A DNA stretch of 64,000 bases from a virus (IMGVR_UViG_3300042946_000144:24332-88331); one strand, 5' to 3'; counted from the first letter of the stretch, positions 28,750-39,366 are shown. The notes: a model not told the origin generated them from the letters alone. Numbers and translations: made by a program.

Positions 28750-30303
28750 TTAGAATTGTGGAATCTCTTCGATCAACACAGTGCGAGACAAATCTTCGAT
28801 AAATACATCGCAACGGTCTTTCATCCAGATTTCATATCCTGGGAATTTGTTAGCAGAACTCATACCCTGAGATTTAGCAAAACCTAAGTGGTGACGAGTA
28901 CCATCGATATAACCCCAAGTCATTGAAGGAGCACCCTTCATACGAACCTCACGGATGTTGTTTACCATTGAACCATCACTCATTGGAGAAACGTCGAACA
29001 CCATGAATACAGGAGTTGATTTCTTGTTCTGACCGAATTCCAAGTTAGATTGTGGCAAATCCAGTTCTTTCAAGTGAATCAGTTCAACACGACCAGTCTC
29101 ACGAGTAACCATTGCGTCGAAAGCAAAGTTGTAAGTGATGTGTTGTCCTTCTCCTTGCATGTAACGATTTCCAGAATCAGCCATGAAAGTAAGACCGCTA
29201 TTCAAAGCATCAGTCTTCAAAGCTTGTTGGAACACGTCAAAACCAGCTTCGTTAGTGTACATTTTAACACGACGATCTTTAACATCCACACGACGATAGA
29301 ACAAATCTCCAAATACAGAACGGATCAAGTTAGCAGAGAACTCACCGCGGTTGTATTGAACCAAGTTACCGTTGTTACGCATTCTGTGGTAAACACCTGC
29401 AGATGTACGCTTCAACTCTTGCTTAGAACCGTTAGTCTTAACAGTACCTGGCTTAGACCAGATCATACGCTTAACTTTCAATTCCAACATGCTCTTACGC
29501 ATCCAGAACTCGATGAATGGTTCCCATTTAACATCATTACGAGTTAAAGGCAACTGATTTCTACGTTGAGGAGCATACACCAGGATATCCAAAGGCTTAC
29601 CTGAAGCATCACGCATCATTTTGTCATCAGCCCACTCAGTGATCTTGTGCTCAAAACCATATGCAGAACCCAAAGATTCGAACATAGTGATTTGCTCACC
29701 CAAACGAGGAAGACCTAACAAGTCTTGATCGAATTCACCGATTGCAGCATCAACCAATTCCAACTCAATACCATATTGCAGGAATGTAGAAGTTACGAAA
29801 TCAACAGTAGGATTGTCAGTAACCAAAGTGAAGGTGTACAAGTAACCCATGTTCCAAGGAACTGGATCTTTGGTTACGTAGAAGCGAGGACCATATTGAC
29901 GAGAACCTACAGAAACGATAGCGTTCTTAGAGAACTCGTTAGTGTCCAACACTAATGTAAATTCTTGACCATCGATACCAGGCTTAGACAACTCGCTAGT
30001 TGTTGTTGGGATGTCGATGATTTTAGGGAATTTGTAAGGAACAGCAACTTGCCATTTCCAAGCATCACTATTATTATCAATGTAATAAGGTGTGCTCTTG
30101 TTAATCATGTCCAAGAAATCATTGCTATACAATGAGCTCTGGGTGTAGAGACTGATGATCTTTTTGTCATAATCAGCAGGCTCTGTGCTGTGGAAGCTCT
30201 CCAGGTGATTAGCATCGGTGAGTTTACCCACAGCACGCTTATCCATAGAGGCCACTCTCGCATAAGTGAATCCAGTTAAACCTGGAATTGTTTGAATTGC
30301 CAT
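28750..30303 (-). CDS. major capsid protein candidate (517 aa)
   Basis: Position after the acidic scaffold-like gene, size and a downstream hairpin. No motif proof. Confidence 0.5.
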   Translation of the reverse strand: MAIQTIPGLTGFTYARVASMDKRAVGKLTDANHLESFHSTEPADYDKKIISLYTQSSLYSNDFLDMINKSTPYYIDNNSDAWKWQVAVPYKFPKIIDIPTTTSELSKPGIDGQEFTLVLDTNEFSKNAIVSVGSRQYGPRFYVTKDPVPWNMGYLYTFTLVTDNPTVDFVTSTFLQYGIELELVDAAIGEFDQDLLGLPRLGEQITMFESLGSAYGFEHKITEWADDKMMRDASGKPLDILVYAPQRRNQLPLTRNDVKWEPFIEFWMRKSMLELKVKRMIWSKPGTVKTNGSKQELKRTSAGVYHRMRNNGNLVQYNRGEFSANLIRSVFGDLFYRRVDVKDRRVKMYTNEAGFDVFQQALKTDALNSGLTFMADSGNRYMQGEGQHITYNFAFDAMVTRETGRVELIHLKELDLPQSNLEFGQNKKSTPVFMVFDVSPMSDGSMVNNIREVRMKGAPSMTWGYIDGTRHHLGFAKSQGMSSANKFPGYEIWMKDRCDVFIEDLSRTVLIEEIPQF

Positions 30304-30336
30304 CTTAGTTTACTTTTAAGTTATTGTTTAAATTGT

Positions 30337-31614
30337 TTATAAAAACCATGAATTGGATTTCTGACCTGGATTTGATGATTTGACTGAAGACTTACTAACT
30401 TGTCTTGCCACCTCACCAAATAGTTCATTAGACTTCTTGCTTATTCCAGTTTTCTGTATAGTGGAAAGCGTAGGATCTTTTTCCATGATCTTCATCAGAA
30501 GAGCAATCTTTACTTTTGCTTCGTGGTTCTCTGGTCTTTTTAGTTCCAAAATAGCACGATCAAATTCTGTGATTGTTTCTCCAGAAGATGTTCTATACCT
30601 GTCTGTCAACAGGAAGTCTTGTAGTTCGTTTGCTAGTTTGGGGTTCAAAGGAATACCGTCAAACTCTTTTGTCTTAAGCTTGTCTTGAAGGATAGCTTGG
30701 ACGTTATTAATATACTGAGACTTGATAGCGTGTTTTTGTTGCAATTGTCTTTCAGACTCTTGCTCCAATCGTTGAAGCTTTGCTGCTTCCTTTTTAACCA
30801 GCACTTTATGGTGCTTAGTTGCAACCGTTTCAAGATCTCCGTAGTTCTTTAATCTTTCAACCTCAGTTTCAATATCTTCTGAATCAAAACCTTGATCTTC
30901 AAGAGCTTGTCTAATTACTGCAACCTGATTAGACTCTGAAGAAAGATCCATTTCAGCAAAACTTACAGCATTGTTATATGTGCCAAAATACTCCTTAGGA
31001 TCAACTCCTTTTACAAATATGGCTTCAAATGCTTGTTGATAATCTTCTCCGAACTGTCCAATGAAGTTATTTACCACTTCAATAGCACCTTTCTTTTTCT
31101 CTTCTTGGAATCTCTCCAGGAATTCTTCAGGTGTAGAAATGTCAATATCCTCATCTTCATCTTGGGAAAATACACCAAGTTTTACAAGATCTTTTGCAAG
31201 AGCACTAAACTGACTAACTTCTTCAGAGGATTCTTCCTCACTGTCATTAGTTTCTTCAGGTTCAGTCTTAGCAACTGGTTTTTTCTTTTGGGTAGTAGAA
31301 GCTTCTTCTTCTTCATCAGATTCTTCTTCTTCATCTCCTCCCATTAGAAAATCAGTTAGCGATTTTTTAGTCGCCTCTTCTTCATCTTTCTTCTCACCAC
31401 TTTCTTCTCCTTTTGGAGCTGAAGTTTTGGAAGTAGATTTTTTAGAAGGTTCAGGTGCAGCAGGTTCTTCATCTTTAATTTCTTTGATGTCATCTGGACT
31501 ACTTGTGGAAGTCTCAGGAGCTAACAAATCGTTGAGCAATTCTGTGTTTCCAGCACCCATAGTGTTTTCAATACTAAAGTTACCAAAGGATGGTGTATCT
31601 AAGTTCTCAGCCAT
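30337..31614 (-). CDS. scaffolding protein candidate (425 aa, highly acidic, low complexity)
   Basis: D/E/K-rich (EEEESDEEEEASTTQKKKP...) with a coiled-coil C-terminal half, located between portal and MCP. Confidence 0.5.
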   Translation of the reverse strand: MAENLDTPSFGNFSIENTMGAGNTELLNDLLAPETSTSSPDDIKEIKDEEPAAPEPSKKSTSKTSAPKGEESGEKKDEEEATKKSLTDFLMGGDEEEESDEEEEASTTQKKKPVAKTEPEETNDSEEESSEEVSQFSALAKDLVKLGVFSQDEDEDIDISTPEEFLERFQEEKKKGAIEVVNNFIGQFGEDYQQAFEAIFVKGVDPKEYFGTYNNAVSFAEMDLSSESNQVAVIRQALEDQGFDSEDIETEVERLKNYGDLETVATKHHKVLVKKEAAKLQRLEQESERQLQQKHAIKSQYINNVQAILQDKLKTKEFDGIPLNPKLANELQDFLLTDRYRTSSGETITEFDRAILELKRPENHEAKVKIALLMKIMEKDPTLSTIQKTGISKKSNELFGEVARQVSKSSVKSSNPGQKSNSWFL

Positions 31615-31732
31615 ATGTAGTTGTATTTATTTGGTTTTCAATGTAAAACTATGTAATGCTTTATAATTTACAAAGAGATGTACGTATATATAAATCAATT
31701 TTGTGCTTAATATAGCATTATTAGTTTTTTAT

Positions 31733-32263
31733 TTAATCAAGTTTGTTTGAAATGGTGTCATTTATTAATCTGAAACTCCTGATAGGAGCTAAATCAGTGA
31801 GTGTCACTTGGTTAATCTCAACTCCCCACTTTCTAACTTCCACTCTAGCTTTCTTTGTTAGAATGTTATCTATCTCTGGATCAATACATTCTTCTACAGT
31901 TTTTGACATGATGATGTTCTTGATAATGCTCTGAGTCATGTCTGATATAGCATCCTGTGCATCATACACTTCTAATAGAAATATCTTAACGTCTGATATC
32001 TTATACTTCACCACTCCTTTTACAACAATGTTCTGTTTATCAATAGTATATAACGATTGTGCTGGTAGGCTAAGTGTTGTTGTAACTGTATATTGTGTAA
32101 TAACTTCATCAAGTATTGGTATCTTAAAATGAATCCCAGGAGATATCACTTTCTTAAACTTACCCACTCTATTAAGAACACCCTCCTCATAGGGATTCAC
32201 AATGACAAAAGGAGCTAGTAAACTAGCCCAATTTGTCAATATGTCTATGAGTTTTTCAAACAT
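31733..32263 (-). CDS. SPFH/band-7 (stomatin-prohibitin-like) domain protein
   Basis: Pattern ...YTIDKQNIVVKGVVKYKISD...YDAQDAISDMTQSIIKNIIMS...RKWGVEINQVTLTDL resembles the SPFH core. ATGA-coupled to portal. Confidence 0.45.
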   Translation of the reverse strand: MFEKLIDILTNWASLLAPFVIVNPYEEGVLNRVGKFKKVISPGIHFKIPILDEVITQYTVTTTLSLPAQSLYTIDKQNIVVKGVVKYKISDVKIFLLEVYDAQDAISDMTQSIIKNIIMSKTVEECIDPEIDNILTKKARVEVRKWGVEINQVTLTDLAPIRSFRLINDTISNKLD

Positions 32264-34860
32264 TATTTACCTTTTTTAGATGCTCTGTTCTTAGCATTTT
32301 CTTTTGCAATTGCTAAGTCATTAGCTTGGTTCTCTCTTGCCACTTGTAGCTTTTCTTTCTCAAGAGCCATCTTATCAGAATTTTGTTTTGACTTACTTTG
32401 TATATCAGCAAGTTTTAACTGATAGTCTTTCATGGCTTTCTGTTGCTCATTTGCTAACTTACTCACTTCAAGAACATCAGGAACTACGTTCTGATTAACA
32501 TCTTCAGCTTCCACTCTACCAAATCCTGTAGCCTGAATGATGGCAATCTCTTTCTTATTGATTCTATCAAGTTCTTTTTGATAGTCATCATGAGCAATCT
32601 TCTGTTCAGCTTGTTGCTGTTGCATTTGCATTTGAGATTGAGCAATTTGTTGTTGTTGTTCCATCTGCTGCTGCTGTTGTTGCATTTGCTGATCTTGTAA
32701 TTGCTCTTGTCTTTCTTTCAGAGTTTTGAACACCTTCTTCATCTGACGTACAGACTTAGTGCTATACAACTCAATGATATCATGTAGAGAACCACCGTTC
32801 TGAATAACAGCTTGAGACAATGCTCTAATCTCTTGGAACATCTGATTATCTTCAGGTCTGTTAGTGAGGAACACTTTGAGATCACGGAATCTGAGGTCTG
32901 CACCATTCACTTGTACAAAAGCTGATTCTCCTTCAGACGTAATGTATGATAGTGTGGATTGTGGTTTCTTGCTTTCTACGTACAGAGCAGCATCGATGAT
33001 TGCTTGATACAACTGACCCATTACATACTCATGAGCTACGAACAGAGGTTCTGTCTGAGCATATGATTGTTGAATAGCTGTGTTTGTACCAGTTGCTGAT
33101 TCACTAGCCTGAACAGAACCAAGTCTTTGTCTTGACATACCTACAAGTTCCCAACACTCATTCTTAAGTTGTTGAGCAAGTGTATATCTAGATTGTATCT
33201 CCTGCGTACGTGTAAGATCGATATCTCTGAACTGGTTAAATGAGCTTGGAGATTTCAGGTTCTCAGGGCTGTCATCAATAAACACCACACCTCTATTACG
33301 TGCTTCCATTTCCCAAATATCCAATGCATCTTGTGCATCACCATCTTTAGGAACTGGTACGTGTCTGATAGATGTTAAATACACCTTACCAACCTCTTTC
33401 TCAAGAAGTTTGTAAAGCTGGTTCATGCAGACATTGTACAACACCTGGAAAGGTTTCATCATGTCTACAAGACTCTTAGCCTCTGTATTCTTCACCTCAA
33501 ATGTTGTTCCAATGATAGGGCAATAGTTAAGGAGCTTGAATGGTTTGATGTGATAGATATCTGGACCAATCTTTATTCCCTGATACCACTGGTTAATCCA
33601 TCCCCACTCCAAAGATTCTTGTGTAGGAATAGTTCCAGATTTGTATGTTTCATCAACAAGCATCGATTGCTCATTGCCCATCTCATCTATGTAGATTAGT
33701 TTACCAATCTTCTTCTTAGACAACCAGTATGCTCTCACTACAACATACTTATATCCAAATGAGCTCACGTTAGATGTAAGTCCCAAGAAGTCTTTAAGAC
33801 CATCATTGTTCTCCTTCATCTCACTCTCAATCATCATTCTTGTCTGAAGAACAAGAGGATCATATGTATCGTATGTAACTGAATCAATACCTGGATTCAC
33901 ATCTGGATTACCAAGGTTTGACTCTCTAACATTAATCAATCCATAATCCTGGAGAGAAGATCTGAGGTGGTCAATCTCATCTTTTGTTAAGTCAGGAACT
34001 GACTCAATAATTTCAGAAAGCTCCATGACCTGTACTGTACCAGCTGCATAAGCCCCCTGAGCTCTTCCTGTGGGATCTGAAATCCACTTTCTATCAGGAG
34101 TTGTAAGGAACCACGTATTCTTAGGATTTGCCACTTCAATGTTAAACCCAAGTTTCGAGTTGTCTTCATATATATGGTAGAATTCTCTCGCAGAAATAAG
34201 CATATCTCTGAAAGCATCTTCACTTTTTTCTTTTAAATTAAACTCAGCTTTCTGACATGTGAGAACGTGGTTTGCCCATTTCTCAGCTACAGATGTATAT
34301 GTGTCAAGCTGATCTTTTACATCTTCTACACTCATCTTCTCAATCTCCTCAGGATCAACTTCTTCTAAATTGACTCCCTGCATAGCAAGCTTTTCGTACA
34401 GCTTTTGCTTTGCTTTATCAATAACATATTCCTGTAGAACGTTTGTTTTAAACTCTAACTCTTCTGATTTAGAATCATCATCAAATGCTTTTACACGGAA
34501 TGTGTCAGGTCTTTTAGATATTTCCCCAACCAACTCATTAACAGGAGTGGTGATGATTGAATAATGTTTTACATATGCAGGAAGCTCAAGGTCTGATGTA
34601 AGCATATCTGTAAAACTCTTAACCTGAGGCTCCTGATAGAAGTCTTCCATTCTAAGGATGCCCTTGATGAGATCATAGTTTTTTACAAATGTATCACGGT
34701 TTTTTACATACTCAGCATAAGCTTTGTTTGCAAAATAGTCCATTGTATTCTTAATCCAGCTCTCATCCTTCTTCTCCTTTTCAGTTTTGAATTGATCTGG
34801 AAATATGTTTAGATACGCATAACGTATTGTAGCATCTTTTGTATACCTAATAATTGCCAT
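32263..34860 (-). CDS. portal protein candidate (865 aa)
   Basis: Immediately downstream of TerL, ATGA-coupled. Size and a Gln-rich coiled-coil C-terminus. Confidence 0.5.
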   Translation of the reverse strand: MAIIRYTKDATIRYAYLNIFPDQFKTEKEKKDESWIKNTMDYFANKAYAEYVKNRDTFVKNYDLIKGILRMEDFYQEPQVKSFTDMLTSDLELPAYVKHYSIITTPVNELVGEISKRPDTFRVKAFDDDSKSEELEFKTNVLQEYVIDKAKQKLYEKLAMQGVNLEEVDPEEIEKMSVEDVKDQLDTYTSVAEKWANHVLTCQKAEFNLKEKSEDAFRDMLISAREFYHIYEDNSKLGFNIEVANPKNTWFLTTPDRKWISDPTGRAQGAYAAGTVQVMELSEIIESVPDLTKDEIDHLRSSLQDYGLINVRESNLGNPDVNPGIDSVTYDTYDPLVLQTRMMIESEMKENNDGLKDFLGLTSNVSSFGYKYVVVRAYWLSKKKIGKLIYIDEMGNEQSMLVDETYKSGTIPTQESLEWGWINQWYQGIKIGPDIYHIKPFKLLNYCPIIGTTFEVKNTEAKSLVDMMKPFQVLYNVCMNQLYKLLEKEVGKVYLTSIRHVPVPKDGDAQDALDIWEMEARNRGVVFIDDSPENLKSPSSFNQFRDIDLTRTQEIQSRYTLAQQLKNECWELVGMSRQRLGSVQASESATGTNTAIQQSYAQTEPLFVAHEYVMGQLYQAIIDAALYVESKKPQSTLSYITSEGESAFVQVNGADLRFRDLKVFLTNRPEDNQMFQEIRALSQAVIQNGGSLHDIIELYSTKSVRQMKKVFKTLKERQEQLQDQQMQQQQQQMEQQQQIAQSQMQMQQQQAEQKIAHDDYQKELDRINKKEIAIIQATGFGRVEAEDVNQNVVPDVLEVSKLANEQQKAMKDYQLKLADIQSKSKQNSDKMALEKEKLQVARENQANDLAIAKENAKNRASKKGK

Positions 34861-36884
34861 TATGTAAATAATTTACGTTTTTTAGTATTGAACATTCCTC
34901 TCGATTCAGAGAACAATGTGTTCTTTTGTTTATTTGCATATAGTGCCTTCACCCTGTCATCACCAGATCCCCCAACCTTTCCAAGTATAGGATCCATCTT
35001 CATAGCCTGTGCTATTGCTAGTTCTGCTGCTACAATACGGTCAAAGTTACCTTGATCGTTGTATTGTATAATCTCTTCCAACAGAACAGGATCAAATATC
35101 TTACTCACACCTGTAGATTCTCTAATCACATTCCCAGCATCATCTGTTTCCTTGTATATAGTCTCTTCCATATACTTCTTCAGACAGTTGTGAAGATAGT
35201 CAATCACCTTCTGTGCAGAACGATGTATTCCATACTCACGTTTAACGGTAGTATTTGGAACCACTTCCATCAACCACTGAGGCTGTTTCTCCAGATAGTG
35301 AGCATCACCTTTTGCCTTCATATATTCAATGAACGAGATGTCATCATTCTCACAAAGCGTACGTGCATTGTAATATTTGATGAGTAGTCTAGCTTGTTCT
35401 TCCCAGGTTTCCTTCTTATCAGGTCTTGCACAATACGAAGCTACGAACATATCTTGATATTTCTCGCCTGTTAGGTCATGCATTCTTTTATAAATATACA
35501 CAGATCCTAAAGAGGAGCTATATGCTGACTTACCTTGTCTATATGGATCCACCCCAGCTACATACAGTCCATATGGGGGATGTTCCACGGGAAACTCGTA
35601 TATTACAATAGGAGCATCCTTCAAATCTGTATTCTTAAGTGGGAAGTTGCTAATTGGTTGTTTATCTGTAAACTCATGAGTAATCTTCTCACCATCATTA
35701 AACAGGACAACAGGAGTTCCTGTACGTTCCTGTTGAAGCAATCTTGTTTTCTGTCTCTTTGCAGCCTCAATATCAAAGATGTTTGTATCCTCGTTTAGGA
35801 ATATGTCATCCACCTCTAATGGGTAGTACATTTTTTCCTTTAGATAGGCAAGTCTATCACCAGCTTTCTTTAATCTTTCTAGATTATCCTGTGTAACCTT
35901 TAATGCTTTCTCTTCGTTAGATACAAGCATTTTTACGTTATGTAGGTCACTTCCTGCAGGCTGATTTAGATAGGCTCCAAGTGTAGAATCTTCTTTAGCT
36001 TCCATTCTATACTTGTATGAGATGAATAACCCATGGATTCTCTTCTCATCTTTCTCGTTATTATAAGTGAGAAAGTTAAAGTTGTCCACGTCAAACATCA
36101 AGGACTTTGCATCCATGAATTTCTTCATATCACCACCTGTACCTGTAAGAATAGGGCTACAACCCCATCCAAATGGTGTTGTAAAACCAGGAACAGCTGC
36201 CTGAAAGCCTCTAAGAAAACTTCCTTTACCAATCTCATCTATGATTAGTTTACGAGGTTTTGTACCTGCAATAGCTTCTTCGTTATTACCTTCATCAAGG
36301 TTCCTAATAAGAATCTGAGAGAAGGGGATTCTCTCTCCTGATTTGGTTTTGATACCTAATGTCACTTGGTTTTTCCAATTGTCCTCAATCCTATTCCATC
36401 TCCAAGCTTCTGGTAGGAAGTTCAATCCCTTATCAATCTTATCTGTAATCAGCTTTATATCTGGAGCATTCAGTCCTGCAATAATGTTCTGACTGTTCTC
36501 ATCAAACGTTGCACCCCATGCTATATAAGATGCTTCCAAAACAGACTTTGCAAAACGTCGTATACCAAGAATAACCAAACCTTTCTTATCTCGTTGAGCT
36601 CTATCAATCTCGTTTGTCACCACCCACTCATTATCCCTGAGAAGAGGGTTGGCATATTTCTGGGAAATACGTCCTCTCTCATCAATAACATCCACCTCTG
36701 TGTGCCAGATGTTCATGTGCCAATAGAGAAAGGGGTTTATGTAAACCCCATCCATCATAGCTCCATTTAAACAAAGCTCCTTATGAAAATTAAAGAACGG
36801 TTTATATTCCTCAGAGTCCCTATCGGGGAGACGTTTCTGATTTATAAACCAATCTTTATAATCTATATTCTGTAGTTCATTCAT
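34860..36884 (-). CDS. terL: terminase large subunit
   Basis: N-terminal ATPase: GIRRFAKS (deviant Walker A), LIIDEIGKG (Walker B). C-terminal nuclease-like region YVAGVDPYRQGKSAY. 674 aa. Confidence 0.65.
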   Translation of the reverse strand: MNELQNIDYKDWFINQKRLPDRDSEEYKPFFNFHKELCLNGAMMDGVYINPFLYWHMNIWHTEVDVIDERGRISQKYANPLLRDNEWVVTNEIDRAQRDKKGLVILGIRRFAKSVLEASYIAWGATFDENSQNIIAGLNAPDIKLITDKIDKGLNFLPEAWRWNRIEDNWKNQVTLGIKTKSGERIPFSQILIRNLDEGNNEEAIAGTKPRKLIIDEIGKGSFLRGFQAAVPGFTTPFGWGCSPILTGTGGDMKKFMDAKSLMFDVDNFNFLTYNNEKDEKRIHGLFISYKYRMEAKEDSTLGAYLNQPAGSDLHNVKMLVSNEEKALKVTQDNLERLKKAGDRLAYLKEKMYYPLEVDDIFLNEDTNIFDIEAAKRQKTRLLQQERTGTPVVLFNDGEKITHEFTDKQPISNFPLKNTDLKDAPIVIYEFPVEHPPYGLYVAGVDPYRQGKSAYSSSLGSVYIYKRMHDLTGEKYQDMFVASYCARPDKKETWEEQARLLIKYYNARTLCENDDISFIEYMKAKGDAHYLEKQPQWLMEVVPNTTVKREYGIHRSAQKVIDYLHNCLKKYMEETIYKETDDAGNVIRESTGVSKIFDPVLLEEIIQYNDQGNFDRIVAAELAIAQAMKMDPILGKVGGSGDDRVKALYANKQKNTLFSESRGMFNTKKRKLFT

Positions 36885-37243
36885 TACTTTCTGCTTTTCA
36901 AGAAGTCTTCAGCCATAGAGCTGAGTTCTCCTTTTCCTCTCACCTCAACCTTTGCTTCTTCAAGACTTCTCAGTTTATCAACCACTTCTACCAGTGCAAG
37001 ATAGTTCTTCATTGTCTCTTGAACAAATTTACCTTGTGCTTCTATAGAGGCAATAACCATTGGTAACATTCCTCCTTTAGCTGTAGGCTTCCATTCAATC
37101 CTATCCTTTAGTTCATGGAGAGGATTAGCATCAACATAAGCTTTCCAAGACGTGAGCTGTTGCTCTGCCCATTCAAGCTCCGTGTTAATGAATGTAGTTT
37201 TTTTAATAGTCGCCATTATCTTCTTCTTTAAACAGGTTATCAA
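36884..37243 (-). CDS. hypothetical (possible small terminase subunit)
   Basis: Small ORF directly upstream of, and coupled to, TerL. Positional only. Confidence 0.35.
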   Translation of the reverse strand: MITCLKKKIMATIKKTTFINTELEWAEQQLTSWKAYVDANPLHELKDRIEWKPTAKGGMLPMVIASIEAQGKFVQETMKNYLALVEVVDKLRSLEEAKVEVRGKGELSSMAEDFLKSRK

Positions 37244-37487
37244 GATCTAGCCCCTCCTTTATAATCTTGTCTATTTCAGAATCGTCTGTATGAGGGACAT
37301 CCATTTCAAGCTGACCTTTGTATTTAGCTAAGGAATATACAAGTTCTTTGTCTGTCATTCCCCATACATCACCATATTCATCTAGGGCTGTTGCCAGGTG
37401 TCTACCCATATTGTATTGTGGGTAGGATGTATGTAGTTCCTGAAGAATATGCAACGCTCTGTTGTAATAGTTCACTCTCTTTTGCAT
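37203..37487 (-). CDS. hypothetical protein (94 aa)
   Basis: ORF. Confidence 0.35.
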   Translation of the reverse strand: MQKRVNYYNRALHILQELHTSYPQYNMGRHLATALDEYGDVWGMTDKELVYSLAKYKGQLEMDVPHTDDSEIDKIIKEGLDLDNLFKEEDNGDY

Positions 37488-37492
37488 ATCCT

Positions 37493-37675
37493 TTATTTTA
37501 CAATTAGACCAGAGCTTGTAGCAGTGAGCTTATTTAAACTTGGTTTCACTACGTCAGATAGTAGCTTCTGAATCTCCTCATTAGCTATCTTCTGTGTTTC
37601 TTCTGAGATGCCTGGTGTAGCACACAAGGCTCCCAGCTTCTCAATTACAATCCATGCTTCGTGTATTGGGTTCAT
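37493..37675 (-). CDS. hypothetical protein (60 aa)
   Basis: ORF. Confidence 0.3.
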   Translation of the reverse strand: MNPIHEAWIVIEKLGALCATPGISEETQKIANEEIQKLLSDVVKPSLNKLTATSSGLIVK

Positions 37676-37977
37676 GACAGTTGGTTTAAATCGTCATCAG
37701 ATAGTTTAATATCTTTCTTAAATTCTTCAGGGCTTGAAGGTGTCTCACCATCATCAAGGTTATCTATAAAATCCTCAATAGCCTTTTCTACATCATCTTG
37801 AACCTCTTTGGAGAAGTATTCAGGAGTGTATATAATAGAAATTGTATCTTGCTCCTCATCAGGGGTTCCAATTATATCGAAATAATCCACTCCCTTTTCA
37901 TATATCTGCGTTAAGACTTCCAGAAACATATCTATAGGAATCTTTCTGAGTCTCACCTCTTGCTTTTTCTTTTTCAT
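37672..37977 (-). CDS. hypothetical acidic protein (101 aa)
   Basis: ORF. Confidence 0.35.
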   Translation of the reverse strand: MKKKKQEVRLRKIPIDMFLEVLTQIYEKGVDYFDIIGTPDEEQDTISIIYTPEYFSKEVQDDVEKAIEDFIDNLDDGETPSSPEEFKKDIKLSDDDLNQLS

Positions 37978-38294
37978 GATTTTTTGTTTAGTTGTTGTTT
38001 CACTCTTTCTTCCTCATCACCTGTCATTATTTCCTCCCATTTTTTCAAGGGACAACTACAAGAAAGGCATCTGGTTTTAGCTGAGAGCGTACATCCACAT
38101 TCTACACAATGATGATCTGGTCTTATACTCTTATATCCCCTGTTCTTCTTTGCGTTCTCAGAATGATGCTCACAACCCAAACAAATCTTTGTTCTCTCGT
38201 TGCTCGTCAATTCTATTACACCCTTCATTTGAGCTGGGGGAATCAGCTTGTTCTTCCACCCCTCGTAAATCTGTGACAAAAGATTGTTGCCCAT
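37974..38294 (-). CDS. Cys-rich zinc-finger protein (106 aa)
   Basis: CLGCEHH...HHCVECGC...CLSCSC; overlaps the HU-like gene 3' end out of frame. Confidence 0.4.
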   Translation of the reverse strand: MGNNLLSQIYEGWKNKLIPPAQMKGVIELTSNERTKICLGCEHHSENAKKNRGYKSIRPDHHCVECGCTLSAKTRCLSCSCPLKKWEEIMTGDEEERVKQQLNKKS

Positions 38295-38631
38295 ATAACT
38301 TTGGTTTTAAATTCTCTATTGCAGCTGTTATGTTATTCACCTTACTTATTGTAGAAAGCCTTTTGGTTTCTGAAAGAGGGGTGTCTAGAAGCTCTAGCAA
38401 AACCTTCCTTTTATTCTCAAGAGAAGCCATCTTCTTAACAGCCTTCTTTGTATTGAAAATAAACTTCCCAAACCCAGAGATCTCCACCGTATTATTAGAA
38501 AGCAAAGCTGAATTAGCCTCACTAAACTGATGTGCTATGACAGCATCCACTATCTTCTCAGAAATAAGAAGCTTTGGAGCAATCTTCCTCACCAACCACT
38601 CCCTCATCGAAAGACTCTGTGGCTTATCCAT
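38170..38631 (-). CDS. HU/IHF-family DNA-binding protein
   Basis: IAHQFSEANSALLSNNTVEISGFGKFIF matches the HU beta-arm signature (GFGxF). Confidence 0.5.
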   Translation of the reverse strand: MDKPQSLSMREWLVRKIAPKLLISEKIVDAVIAHQFSEANSALLSNNTVEISGFGKFIFNTKKAVKKMASLENKRKVLLELLDTPLSETKRLSTISKVNNITAAIENLKPKLYGQQSFVTDLRGVEEQADSPSSNEGCNRIDEQRENKDLFGL

Positions 38632-39028
38632 GTGTCAAACTTATTTGCAATACAACATCCCTATCAAAAGGAAGAATTATAACAGGATTGACCTTCACCT
38701 TCGTCCCATCTTTCACTAACACTCCCACCTTCTTCAGCTTAGAAATGATGTTATTAATCGTTGGGCTTGTGCTGTCATACCTCTCACAAAACTCCTTCCT
38801 ATTATTAGCATAGGAAATATTCCCCCTAATAGCTGTAAATGCCACAAGCTGTATTTCTCTTGTTGTCAGCTTAAGACCGTTCACAGCAGAAAGAATAGAA
38901 TAATACCTTTCAGCTGAGGCGAAGTTATCGTCCACCTGCTTTTTAAGCTTCTGCACAACTATGTTATTAGCCTTGTCCATATTTAGTTTATACAAAGATA
39001 GGAATATTAGAATAGATGTCAAATACAT
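38624..39028 (-). CDS. hypothetical protein, possible DNA-binding regulator
   Basis: ORF; likely start at the internal MDKANN. Confidence 0.35.
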   Translation of the reverse strand: MYLTSILIFLSLYKLNMDKANNIVVQKLKKQVDDNFASAERYYSILSAVNGLKLTTREIQLVAFTAIRGNISYANNRKEFCERYDSTSPTINNIISKLKKVGVLVKDGTKVKVNPVIILPFDRDVVLQISLTHG

Positions 39029-39048
39029 TTATTACATGAAATGCTATA

Positions 39049-39366
39049 TTATGCATCAATTTCTTTATAAAACTTCAAAACAATGTTGAAGAAGAAAAAC
39101 CCAATCTCCAACTTCTCAAAATAAGAAAGAGGATATAACAACTCTTTATCATCACTCTCATCAAATCCTGGATAGTAGGAAACACCTAGTGTAAATTCTG
39201 TAACACTAGTGAACCTATTTATCTCCAATCCTAGTTCAATCTCATAACTAGTGAATATACCAATGAGAATAGTTGATATAATAATCAACAAATAAAACCA
39301 TCCAACAATAGAAACAATCAATTCCATAACTTTTCGTTTTAACTGTGTTTGTATATAAAGGAGCAT
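39049..39366 (-). CDS. small membrane protein (105 aa)
   Basis: Hydrophobic segment LIVSIVGWFYLLIIISTILIGIF. First gene of the minus-strand module. Confidence 0.4.
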   Translation of the reverse strand: MLLYIQTQLKRKVMELIVSIVGWFYLLIIISTILIGIFTSYEIELGLEINRFTSVTEFTLGVSYYPGFDESDDKELLYPLSYFEKLEIGFFFFNIVLKFYKEIDA

